Of a DNA stretch of 64,000 nt, positions 54,776-63,478 are shown piece after piece. The notes under the pieces were generated by a model. That model was given only the letters and a program-made list of their open reading frames with translations, had not been told where the DNA came from and made no database searches. A program made the position numbers and the translations under genes. Origin of the DNA: Cytophagales bacterium (GTDB lineage: Bacteria > Bacteroidota > Bacteroidia > Cytophagales > JAAEPT01). Every line of letters begins with the position of its first letter. Position 1 is the stretch's first letter. The DNA is taken from positions 9,612 to 73,611 of the forward strand of contig JAAEPT010000154.1 in assembly GCA_024232295.1 (NCBI GenBank), written 5' to 3'.

Positions 54776-54806
54776 AAAGAGACTGCTCAAATGAACAGTC
54801 TCTTTT
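54776..54806. terminator. bidirectional terminator
   Basis: AAAGAGACTG ... CAGTCTCTTT between convergent genes. Confidence 0.65.
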
Positions 54807-54832
54807 CTATAGTCAATTTTTTCTTTTATTTC

Positions 54833-56986
54833 TTAGAATTCATATCCTACTGTCAGGAAGAATCTTCTACCAAAACCGATTACTCCTCGGTTTGCCCAAG
54901 CATTATTTTGATAAGCTGCAAAGCGAATTTCTTGATTTAATACATTGTCGATTGTTCCTGAAAGATATATCCCCTTCCAAATATTATCATAACGGAAATT
55001 TAAATCTGCCACTACATAAGCAGGAGCATCTTCACTCATATGACTTTGTAATAAGTTGTTCCACTCACCTTTCATAGCACCTACATAACGAGCTTTCAAA
55101 CCTACTGTCATTTTTTCATTGATGCTATAATAACTTTTCAAGTAACCTAGGAATTTTGGTGCATAAGCTAATTCTACATCTTCTCTGCCTTCTGTCAAAT
55201 CATTTGATTCTTGGAAAGAAGCACTTACTTCAATATTTAATTTCTGAATTGGCACATATTTTACAGTCACCTCAGACCCTAATGTTCTTAATTTACCAGA
55301 AGCATCAACTCCTACACTTACAGCACCAGTAGTTGGATCAACTGAAATACTACGTGTAATCAAGTTACTTAAGTCATTATAATATACACTGAAATTAACC
55401 CCTAGATTTGAAGAAATTGTTGATAAATAGTTTAACTCCAAAGTACTCATATCTGCCAAAGCTAGGTCATTAGCTACTGGAGGATTTAAGTTAACACTCT
55501 CTACAAATGAAGAACGTTTCTTAGATTGACCATACATAAATTTCAAGATATGCTTTTCATTAATAGAATAAATAGCAGCCAATCTAGGAATATATTGTAT
55601 ACCTCCTTGATTGATTTCATAATCAAAAGGTACCTCTACATAAGCAAGGCCTGTAGGAAGAGCAAGTGGTTGTTGTATAATTGCCTCTGCTCCATAGTTA
55701 TTTGTTTGTTCTACACGTAAACCTGCTACAATTTTTAAGTTTTTGATAGGTTGAGCATTGAACTGTAAAAAACCTGCACGAGAAGTAATATCATCTGTAG
55801 TATAATTTTTAAAGTTATACAATTGTCTACTTGGAAAATCTACCAAACGCTCAATCTCATAAGCTGTACGAGTATAAAACCCTAAAACAGCACTATAGTT
55901 TTCTGAGAAATCAAAATAAGAGTTGACTTCATATTCATATGCTTGTGTTCTTATTTTAAAAACTTGATAAGGTTCACTTGGTAACTCAAGATTTAAGCTT
56001 GCGAAATTAAGTTTACCTTCTAAAGACATCCATTTTGCAACTTCTCTTTTGTACCCAATATTAAAGTTTGATGATTCAGTACGATAAGATATTGCTCCAC
56101 CAGATGTAATCCCAATAACTGCTTCTTCTTGAGCTGTATAATATGCACCAAATGATAATCCTTTATAACTTGATGAAAGATCTAAACTAATTGAATTTCC
56201 AGCCAGTTCTGTTTTATCATCTGCAGTACGTGTTGTATCACCAGTTGATAGATAAGTAGAATCCATATCTAGCCACTTTACCTCACGCCCTAATGTTTCA
56301 GAATAATTTACATTTGCTGAATAAGAAAACTCTCCTTCTCTTTCACTAAAACGTCCATAAGTACCATAAGTACCTAAGTTTGCTACTGTTCCAGAAACTT
56401 TACTAGAAGCATCTTCATTTGGTTCATTTGTAATGATATTGATAACTCCCATAAAAGCAGAACTACCATAAACTACAGCCATGGGTCCTCTGATAACTTC
56501 TATTCTATCAATTGATTCTACAGGAACAATGATACGATCAGTTGAATAAGAGTTACTGAAATCTTCCATTTGGTTTACACCATTCACAAGAATCATCATA
56601 TCATTAAAGGCACCAGAAGAAGCAAAGCCTCTTACACCATAGTTCGTTCCTCCATACAAGAATGCATCACCAATTGAATACAAACCTGTAATGTTTTCTA
56701 AGATATTGTCTAATGAAGTATAACCAAGCTTTTCGATTTCACTTCTTGTAATTACTACTACACTGGCAGGAATTTCACTTACTTTTTCAGCTTTCTTACC
56801 AGCAGATTCGATTTCCATATTCATCAAATCTTCTAGAGACATTGTGAAGAAATCTTCTTCTTCAACATCCTCTGTCCGAGTAGTTGTTTCAGTAGTATTT
56901 GTGGTTGTTTGATCCTTTGCTTGTGCAAATAAAGAAGAGAAGGCCAAACAAAAACAAACACCAAATCGTGTAAATTGTTTATTCAT
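54833..56986 (-). CDS. TonB-dependent outer-membrane receptor
   Basis: Signal peptide, plug (VVVITRSEIEKLGYTSLDNILENITGLY), long beta-barrel, C-terminal ...FFLTVGYEF. Confidence 0.9.
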   Translation of the reverse strand: MNKQFTRFGVCFCLAFSSLFAQAKDQTTTNTTETTTRTEDVEEEDFFTMSLEDLMNMEIESAGKKAEKVSEIPASVVVITRSEIEKLGYTSLDNILENITGLYSIGDAFLYGGTNYGVRGFASSGAFNDMMILVNGVNQMEDFSNSYSTDRIIVPVESIDRIEVIRGPMAVVYGSSAFMGVINIITNEPNEDASSKVSGTVANLGTYGTYGRFSEREGEFSYSANVNYSETLGREVKWLDMDSTYLSTGDTTRTADDKTELAGNSISLDLSSSYKGLSFGAYYTAQEEAVIGITSGGAISYRTESSNFNIGYKREVAKWMSLEGKLNFASLNLELPSEPYQVFKIRTQAYEYEVNSYFDFSENYSAVLGFYTRTAYEIERLVDFPSRQLYNFKNYTTDDITSRAGFLQFNAQPIKNLKIVAGLRVEQTNNYGAEAIIQQPLALPTGLAYVEVPFDYEINQGGIQYIPRLAAIYSINEKHILKFMYGQSKKRSSFVESVNLNPPVANDLALADMSTLELNYLSTISSNLGVNFSVYYNDLSNLITRSISVDPTTGAVSVGVDASGKLRTLGSEVTVKYVPIQKLNIEVSASFQESNDLTEGREDVELAYAPKFLGYLKSYYSINEKMTVGLKARYVGAMKGEWNNLLQSHMSEDAPAYVVADLNFRYDNIWKGIYLSGTIDNVLNQEIRFAAYQNNAWANRGVIGFGRRFFLTVGYEF

Positions 56987-57123
56987 AGCGTGTTTATTTT
57001 ATTAGTATATAGTAAAAATAGTTATTGGATCCTTAGTAAAGGAAACGTAAACATGATTTAAAAGTTAATCTTTTCAAAGAACTATCCCTAAAAAACACAT
57101 AGACTACAATTAACATATACAAG

Positions 57124-57138
57124 AGATTATTATAATCT
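57124..57138. promoter_or_regulatory. perfect 7-1-7 palindrome in the divergent TBDR / vWA intergenic region
   Basis: AGATTAT-T-ATAATCT, an AT-rich operator-like site loosely reminiscent of Fur-type boxes. Confidence 0.3.
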
Positions 57139-57279
57139 GACATTCAAAAAAAAGAGAAAATAAAACAAAAAAAATCAATATAAATACCTAAAAATCAAAT
57201 CTTAACAATTTTTATCAAAAAAAATTGTGGAATTTTATGAAGGATGACATCTACCTAACGAATTTTAAATTTTAATACT

Positions 57280-59001
57280 ATGAGAATCATCAATGTCATT
57301 CAAAAATTTGTGCTTTTATTATTTATTGTTTCAATAGCATCTTGTTCTCGCCTTGTCAGTGAAAAACAAACATCAGGAGAATATAATGAAGTAGCTGTAG
57401 AAGAAATTGAAGTTCCTACAGAAGAATATGAACTTGAAGAAGATATGGCAATAGAGCCTTCTTATGATGTAGGAATGGGAGCCCCCGCCCCATCAAAAGC
57501 AACAAGACAAGTGCACATGTTAAAGAAAGAAAGACAGGTGATGATAAATGATGTAGAGACTACTTATGAAGCTCCTGTAACACCTCATAACACAGAGTCT
57601 TATAATGCAATCCAAGAAAATGAATTTCTAGTAAGTGCTAATAATCCTCTTTCTACTTTTTCAATCGATGTAGATAATGCCAGTTATACAAATGCAAGAC
57701 GTTATATAAATGGTGGATCATTACCTCCAAAGGATGCAGTTCGTATTGAGGAATTTGTCAACTACTTCGATTATGAGTATAAACAACCTAAACACGAACA
57801 TCCATTTTCTATCAATCAAGAGTTAGCCACTTGCCCTTGGAACAAGGAACATCAATTATTACATATTGGACTACAGGGTAAAAATTATCAATTTGATGAC
57901 ATTGCTCCAATGAATTTAGTTTTTTTATTAGATGTATCAGGTTCTATGAGTGATTATAATAAGTTGCCATTATTAAAAAGAGCATTCAAACTATTGGTAA
58001 AACAAATGAGAAGCAAGGATCATGTATCAATTGTAGTATATGCTGGAGCTGCTGGTGTAGTACTTGAACCAACAAGTGGAGATAATAAAAAAGCAATTAC
58101 TGATGCATTGGATAAATTACAAGCAGGGGGCTCTACTGCTGGTGGAGAAGGATTGGCTTTGGCTTATAAAATGGCTGAGAAACACTTAGATTCTGAAGGC
58201 TTGAATCGTATTATTCTAGCAACAGATGGTGATTTCAATGTAGGACCGTCTTCTGATGCTGAAATGCAACGCATGATAGAGGAAAAAAGAGATAAAAACA
58301 TCTTTATGACGGTACTAGGTTTTGGAATGGGTAATTACAAAGATTCAAAGATGGAATCAATTGCTGATAATGGTAATGGTAACTATTTCTATATTGATAC
58401 TTTTGAAGAAGCTCAAAAAGTATTACACACACAATTGGACGGAACGCTTTATACAATCGCAAAGGATGTTAAGATTCAAATTGAATTCAACCCTAATCAA
58501 GTAAAAGGATATCGTTTAATTGGTTATGAAAATAGAATGTTGAAAAAAGAAGACTTTAATAATGATAAAAAAGATGCTGGTGAACTAGGTGCTGGACATA
58601 CAGTGACTGCTATCTATGAAATCATCCCCGCTGGAAGCAAAGAAGAAGTAAATACATCTGTTGATCCATTGAAATACCAAAAGCCTACAACTGCTAATAC
58701 AAACCAACATAGTGGAGAGTTAGCAACTGTAAAGTTACGTTACAAACAACCAAAAGGAACAAAGAGTATTTTATTACAAGAAGTAGTTTCTACCAAATTA
58801 AATAAGAAACCTTCTAATAATTTTAATTTCTCTGCTGCTGTTGCTGGCTATGGGATGTTATTGAGAGATTCAAAATTCAAAGGAGATGTAACTTATGATA
58901 GCTTGATTGCTCTTGCTAAAGCTAGTAAGGGGGTTGATGATAATGGATATAGAAGTGATTTTATTCAACTAATGAAGTCAAGTCAGTTGATCCAAAACTA
59001 A
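57280..59001 (+). CDS. vWA-domain lipoprotein (YfbK-like)
   Basis: Lipobox IVSIASCS. N-terminal FSIDVDNASYTNARRYINGGSLPP module, MIDAS VFLLDVSGSMSD, and a C-terminal region typical of YfbK-type proteins. Confidence 0.85.
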   Translation: MRIINVIQKFVLLLFIVSIASCSRLVSEKQTSGEYNEVAVEEIEVPTEEYELEEDMAIEPSYDVGMGAPAPSKATRQVHMLKKERQVMINDVETTYEAPVTPHNTESYNAIQENEFLVSANNPLSTFSIDVDNASYTNARRYINGGSLPPKDAVRIEEFVNYFDYEYKQPKHEHPFSINQELATCPWNKEHQLLHIGLQGKNYQFDDIAPMNLVFLLDVSGSMSDYNKLPLLKRAFKLLVKQMRSKDHVSIVVYAGAAGVVLEPTSGDNKKAITDALDKLQAGGSTAGGEGLALAYKMAEKHLDSEGLNRIILATDGDFNVGPSSDAEMQRMIEEKRDKNIFMTVLGFGMGNYKDSKMESIADNGNGNYFYIDTFEEAQKVLHTQLDGTLYTIAKDVKIQIEFNPNQVKGYRLIGYENRMLKKEDFNNDKKDAGELGAGHTVTAIYEIIPAGSKEEVNTSVDPLKYQKPTTANTNQHSGELATVKLRYKQPKGTKSILLQEVVSTKLNKKPSNNFNFSAAVAGYGMLLRDSKFKGDVTYDSLIALAKASKGVDDNGYRSDFIQLMKSSQLIQN

Positions 59002-59185
59002 ATCATAAGATCATTTTTTTAGGAAAAATAAAAGGTTATTCATTTTTTGGATAGCCTTTTTTTAATCTCAAAAGTTGTAATTCGTCATTTAATTTCATTA
59101 AATTGAATATCACCATGCCGAAATGGTATTTTATTCTAATCGACAACAGTTTAGGCTCACACCCTACTTTTAAAATATTTAGCTT

Positions 59186-59803
59186 ATGAAATTAGATGTT
59201 AGTTTGTTAAAGTCTGTATTGACAATATATGACGAAATGGAAAACAATGGGCTTTCTCTTTGTTATCTAGGTGAATTTAACCAAGATATTACAAAAATGT
59301 TTACCTCTATGGCTGAAGATGAAATGGATCGAAAGTCTGAGGGACGAGCGGTAAAGAAGAAAGTTTATCATGTCATGGTAGAGACTTTGCAAAACATGAA
59401 TAAGCACTCTGATGAATTAGCGGATGACTTACAAATTGGTAAGGGTTTGTTTATGATTGGACAAAAAGAAGAGACTTATTTTGTAATCACTTCTAATAGA
59501 ATTACAAAAGATAAGCGTCCTTCTCTTGAAAGTGCAATTGATCAAGTAAACAATGCTACTCCAGAAGAATTAAAGGAAATGTATAAAAAGCAAATCAGAG
59601 AAGGTTCTATCTCTGACAGAGGAGGTGCAGGACTTGGTTTGATTGATATTGCTCGTAAGACAGATGAAAAATTAGATTATGAGTTCTTATATCTAAATGA
59701 GGATTATTACTATTTCATTCTAAAAGTAGAAATCAATTCGAAAAAGATTTCTGAACGCATGGAAAAGAAAGCAGAAGAAAAAGCAGCTAACTCAGCAGAA
59801 TAA
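59186..59803 (+). CDS. SiaB-like (histidine-kinase-fold) protein kinase, orphan
   Basis: 205 aa. VMVETLQNMNKH (N-box-like) and DRGGAGLGLIDIARKT (G2-box-like). Confidence 0.6.
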   Translation: MKLDVSLLKSVLTIYDEMENNGLSLCYLGEFNQDITKMFTSMAEDEMDRKSEGRAVKKKVYHVMVETLQNMNKHSDELADDLQIGKGLFMIGQKEETYFVITSNRITKDKRPSLESAIDQVNNATPEELKEMYKKQIREGSISDRGGAGLGLIDIARKTDEKLDYEFLYLNEDYYYFILKVEINSKKISERMEKKAEEKAANSAE

Positions 59804-59822
59804 ACTAAAAGTATTTTAAAAC

Positions 59823-59856
59823 AACCCTCATTTAAGCAATTAGATGAGGGTTTATT
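59823..59856 (+). terminator. rho-independent terminator
   Basis: AACCCTCAT ... ATGAGGGTT followed by a T-rich tract. Confidence 0.65.
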
Positions 59857-59877
59857 ATTTAGAACAAAAAAGTAGAA

Positions 59878-60426
59878 ATGATGAAACTGATACAACATTC
59901 TGATAAAATATGGAGTATTGAAAACTTTTTGACAAAGGAAGAATGCAATCTACTTATTTTATTTAGTGAGCAAAAAGGGTACGAGGAAGCAACTGTGAGC
60001 TTAACTTCTGGTGCCAAAATGATGAAGAATATTCGAAATAATTATCGATTCATTTACACAGACCATGATCTGGCAAAAGAATATTGGAGTAGATTACAAA
60101 AGTTTTGTCCAGAATACATAGAAGATAATGAGGCTGTTGGTCTAAATGAACAGTTTCGATTCTATAAATATGAACCCTCTCAACGATTCAAAAGGCATAT
60201 TGATGGAAGATTCACTCGCAATGAATCAGAAGAAAGTAGAGTTACTTTTCTAATTTATCTCAATGATGATTTTGAAGGAGGACAAACAAAGTTTGATGAT
60301 CTTGTAATTCAACCAAAAGTAGGAACAGCATTGTGTTTTATTCATGAGTTAAAACATGAAGGAGTCTCTGTAACAGATGGCGAAAAGTATGTTTTGAGAT
60401 CTGATGTTATGTACCAAAAAAAATAA
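59878..60426 (+). CDS. 2OG-Fe(II) oxygenase (prolyl 4-hydroxylase-like)
   Basis: HxD in FKRHIDGRF, distal His in LKHEGVSV, and Arg in YVLRSDV. Confidence 0.8.
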   Translation: MMKLIQHSDKIWSIENFLTKEECNLLILFSEQKGYEEATVSLTSGAKMMKNIRNNYRFIYTDHDLAKEYWSRLQKFCPEYIEDNEAVGLNEQFRFYKYEPSQRFKRHIDGRFTRNESEESRVTFLIYLNDDFEGGQTKFDDLVIQPKVGTALCFIHELKHEGVSVTDGEKYVLRSDVMYQKK

Positions 60427-60429
60427 AAT

Positions 60430-61323
60430 ATGTATATAAGAATAATACTATCATTATCAATCTTACTATCATCACTAACACTCAAAGCTCAAGAAAATAA
60501 TATCTTTGACAGATTATCTGTATTAGATAATAACTTCAAAATGTGGTATAACATTGATGGATATAGTGTAACAAGTGAAACATTATACTTCCCTTTCGAC
60601 AAGGAAGGTTTAGACTTTGCTTATTACAAATTTTCTCTTGAAGATGATAGCTTAACTGTTAACAAAAATATCAAATTCAAAAACTTATTCATTAGCAAAA
60701 AGCAACACCTTGTTGAAATGTCTTATCAAACAAATACTTATTATCTAGTTGAAAATTTAGATAAGACAATAACAGTAATATGGTTCATCAAAGTTGGAAT
60801 TTCAGATAGAAATACAGAAGAAAAACTTGTAAATGCTATCATTAGTAATAGTATTCCAGAAAAATGTATTGTCTCACAAAATACTGACTCTATAATGTTT
60901 GCTGAACGAAAAGTATCTCTAGATAATACATGTTATTGGACATTTCTAAACACAATACAATGTCCTTATCTAGGAGAAATGAATTGGTCTCTTCATCGAA
61001 CATTGGAAAGTGCTGAACAATCTGTAAACACACAATATTTTCTAACAAAACAAAAAGAAGGAAAAATAGTCATAGAAGAAAGTATTGATATCATATTTGA
61101 AGGTGTTCCAACAAAAGCAAAAAGAGTTATTTTTGAATTTACAGGTGCTACAAAAGATTTAGCATCTATGTCTGGAGGAACATCACTCATCATTTACTAT
61201 ATAGTTGCAACAGTAAGAAATAGGCATATTAGCTGTGTATTCAGTCATTGGAATAATGATCAAATAAATCCTGCTACTCAACTACCTCCACTACTAGAAA
61301 AATTCATAAAACTAAAAGAATAA
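60430..61323 (+). CDS. hypothetical secreted protein
   Basis: Signal peptide MYIRIILSLSILLSSLTLKAQ. Lies 3 nt after the oxygenase gene. Confidence 0.5.
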   Translation: MYIRIILSLSILLSSLTLKAQENNIFDRLSVLDNNFKMWYNIDGYSVTSETLYFPFDKEGLDFAYYKFSLEDDSLTVNKNIKFKNLFISKKQHLVEMSYQTNTYYLVENLDKTITVIWFIKVGISDRNTEEKLVNAIISNSIPEKCIVSQNTDSIMFAERKVSLDNTCYWTFLNTIQCPYLGEMNWSLHRTLESAEQSVNTQYFLTKQKEGKIVIEESIDIIFEGVPTKAKRVIFEFTGATKDLASMSGGTSLIIYYIVATVRNRHISCVFSHWNNDQINPATQLPPLLEKFIKLKE

Positions 61324-61326
61324 AAA

Positions 61327-61354
61327 AGTCTCACCTTTATATTAAGGTGAGACT
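61327..61354. terminator. bidirectional terminator
   Basis: AGTCTCACCTT ... AAGGTGAGACT between convergent genes. Confidence 0.7.
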
Positions 61355-61360
61355 CTTATT

Positions 61361-63373
61361 TTACCTAAAAATGGTTACTTCTCCTTTTAATACTTCTTTT
61401 CCATCACCATACAAATCAATTGCATAAGAATAACGATCAGCAGGAAGCATTTTATTCTCATATATTCCCTCCCAAGGAATTTTATAACCAATAGATTCAA
61501 AAATCAACTTTTCTTCTCTTGTCCAGATCTTCACAACACAATCAGGATAACGATCAATATTTCTCAATTGCCACTCATCATTGATTCCATCACCATTTGG
61601 TGTATAAGCAGAAGGAACGTACAACTCATCATCTCCCTCAAACTTATTGTCAATATGCCCAGGTTCATGTAACCACATAATACATTCCTCTACTGAAGAA
61701 AATACATGCTTATCATCAATCATATTTGGAATCACTTCAATTCCTCTCAACAAGTCTAAAACTTCATCATTGGCTTCACTAATACAAACATTAATTCCTT
61801 TATCATGTAATCGTGTAATGGCTTCTTCAAAAGTATAAAGTCCAGATTGATCCATATAGGTTACACCACTCAAATTAAACAAAACAGCTTTTACATCTTT
61901 TACCTCTTTCTGAATATCTTCAATACTATCTTGGAAACGAGAAGCGAAACCAAAGAATACTGGTCCTCTCAAATTCTTTACATAAACTTGAGAACGAAAT
62001 CTCTCACTATCTCCAAAATCATCAATTAATAAATCTACTAATCTATCAACTCTTGAGTCTTTAGAGTTACCCTCTACAACATCGGCCATTTTCTTCATAA
62101 AGAATAAAGCAGAGAAAACAAGTCCTAAACCTACTGCATCCAATAAGTCTACAAAAATGGTGAAGAACAATACAAATAACATAACTGCATTGTCTCTCTT
62201 TGGAATAATCCTAAAATTCTTGACTGCTGAAAAGTCCAAAATAGAAATACCTACTGTTATCAATACCCCTGCTAATACTGCATAAGGAATTTGACCAGCT
62301 ACTGGACCACCAATTAATAACACTAATAATAGAAATAATGCATGAATCATTCCTGATATCTTTGTAAAACCACCAGAATTGATGTTTAATACCGTTGCAG
62401 GTGTTGTTCCTGCTCCTGGGATACCTCCTACCAATGCAGAAAACATATTACCAATTCCTTGTCCCAATAATTCTCTATCACTGTTATGCTTGGTCTTAGT
62501 TAATTTGTCTGCTACCACAGAAGTCAATAAACTATCAATAATTCCTAAAGCGGCTAATGAAAAGGCTGTAGTTATAACCATTCCGAGGTCTACTAATTCA
62601 AAAGAAGAAAAAATCTCCAATTTAATGCTTGGTAATTTACTTGGGATATTCTCTGCTCCAATTACCTTTACATCACCATTCCATCCTACAAAATAAGAAA
62701 AAGCTGTTACAGCCACCAAAGCAACTAAAGCACTTGGAACCTTCTTTGTTATTTTAGGAAAAAAACGAATAATAGCAATTGTAGCACTTGCCAATACAAT
62801 GCTTTTCCATGAGGCATTTTGGACGAAATAAGGAATTCCTAACAAAGATTCTAATACAGCATGCGGTCCTTCAATATCGAGTATTTCTTTTCCTCTCACA
62901 ATAAAATCAATTTCAGCAGGAACAAACTCCGTCACTCCAAAAAATTGCTTCAATTGAAGGATAATAATAATTCCTCCAATACCACTCATGAAACCAGAAA
63001 CTACAGGGTGAGGAATATAACTTACATACTTTCCAACCTTCGCAAAGCCCAAAATAAATTGTATTAGACCTGCTGTAAAGAAAATAAGAAGAATAGTAGG
63101 TAATGCTTTTTCTAAACTTCCTATCCTTTCGATTTGCCCTCCTACAATCAGTCCTGTTACAACTGCCATTGGACCTGTAGGGTTACTAATCAAGGTTTGT
63201 GTTCCACCAACAAGGGCTGCTAAAAAACCTAATACAATTGCTCCATATAAACCATGAATAGGACTAAGCCCTGCTGCTGCACCAAAGGCCAATGCTACAG
63301 GTAAAGCAACTACTCCTGCAGAGATACCTCCAAAAAAATCTCCTTTGAGATTACTAAAATCAAACTTGAACAT
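61361..63373 (-). CDS. SulP-family anion transporter with STAS domain and an appended T9SS type-B (gliding-motility) C-terminal domain
   Basis: N-terminus DFFGGISAGVVALPVALAFG..., polytopic core, and STAS (VKAVLFNLSGVTYMDQSGLYTFEEAI). An extra 87 aa follows: LYVPSAYTPNGDGINDEWQL... Confidence 0.9.
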   Translation of the reverse strand: MFKFDFSNLKGDFFGGISAGVVALPVALAFGAAAGLSPIHGLYGAIVLGFLAALVGGTQTLISNPTGPMAVVTGLIVGGQIERIGSLEKALPTILLIFFTAGLIQFILGFAKVGKYVSYIPHPVVSGFMSGIGGIIIILQLKQFFGVTEFVPAEIDFIVRGKEILDIEGPHAVLESLLGIPYFVQNASWKSIVLASATIAIIRFFPKITKKVPSALVALVAVTAFSYFVGWNGDVKVIGAENIPSKLPSIKLEIFSSFELVDLGMVITTAFSLAALGIIDSLLTSVVADKLTKTKHNSDRELLGQGIGNMFSALVGGIPGAGTTPATVLNINSGGFTKISGMIHALFLLLVLLIGGPVAGQIPYAVLAGVLITVGISILDFSAVKNFRIIPKRDNAVMLFVLFFTIFVDLLDAVGLGLVFSALFFMKKMADVVEGNSKDSRVDRLVDLLIDDFGDSERFRSQVYVKNLRGPVFFGFASRFQDSIEDIQKEVKDVKAVLFNLSGVTYMDQSGLYTFEEAITRLHDKGINVCISEANDEVLDLLRGIEVIPNMIDDKHVFSSVEECIMWLHEPGHIDNKFEGDDELYVPSAYTPNGDGINDEWQLRNIDRYPDCVVKIWTREEKLIFESIGYKIPWEGIYENKMLPADRYSYAIDLYGDGKEVLKGEVTIFR
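61364..61624 (-). other. T9SS type-B sorting-domain-like module (CHU_C / gliding motility-associated C-terminal domain) at the transporter C-terminus
   Basis: The signature P-S/N-A-F/Y-T-P-N-G-D-G-I-N-D is present as VPSAYTPNGDGINDEW, and later IPWEGIY...LPADRYSYAI. Confidence 0.7.
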
Positions 63374-63430
63374 AAAAAAGAAAACTAAAATTATCTTACT
63401 ACAAGATAAGATAACTTATAGCAATAAAAA

Positions 63431-63456
63431 AAGGTATGCTTTAAGAAACATACCTT
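63431..63456 (-). terminator. terminator hairpin
   Basis: AAGGTATG ... CATACCTT, T-rich on both sides. Confidence 0.55.
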
Positions 63457-63478
63457 TTTGTTAATTCTGTGACATTAG

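Noticed and set aside
57100-57240. Multiple A7-A8 tracts as a possible repeat element or mobile-element end
   Set aside because: There are no direct or inverted terminal repeats and no transposase. The tracts are consistent with an intrinsically bent, AT-rich divergent promoter region.
63391-63409. 7-bp inverted repeat TTATCTT-actac-AAGATAA upstream of the SulP gene
   Set aside because: The arms are short and AT-rich in an AT-rich spacer, which is too weak to call as an operator without comparative data.
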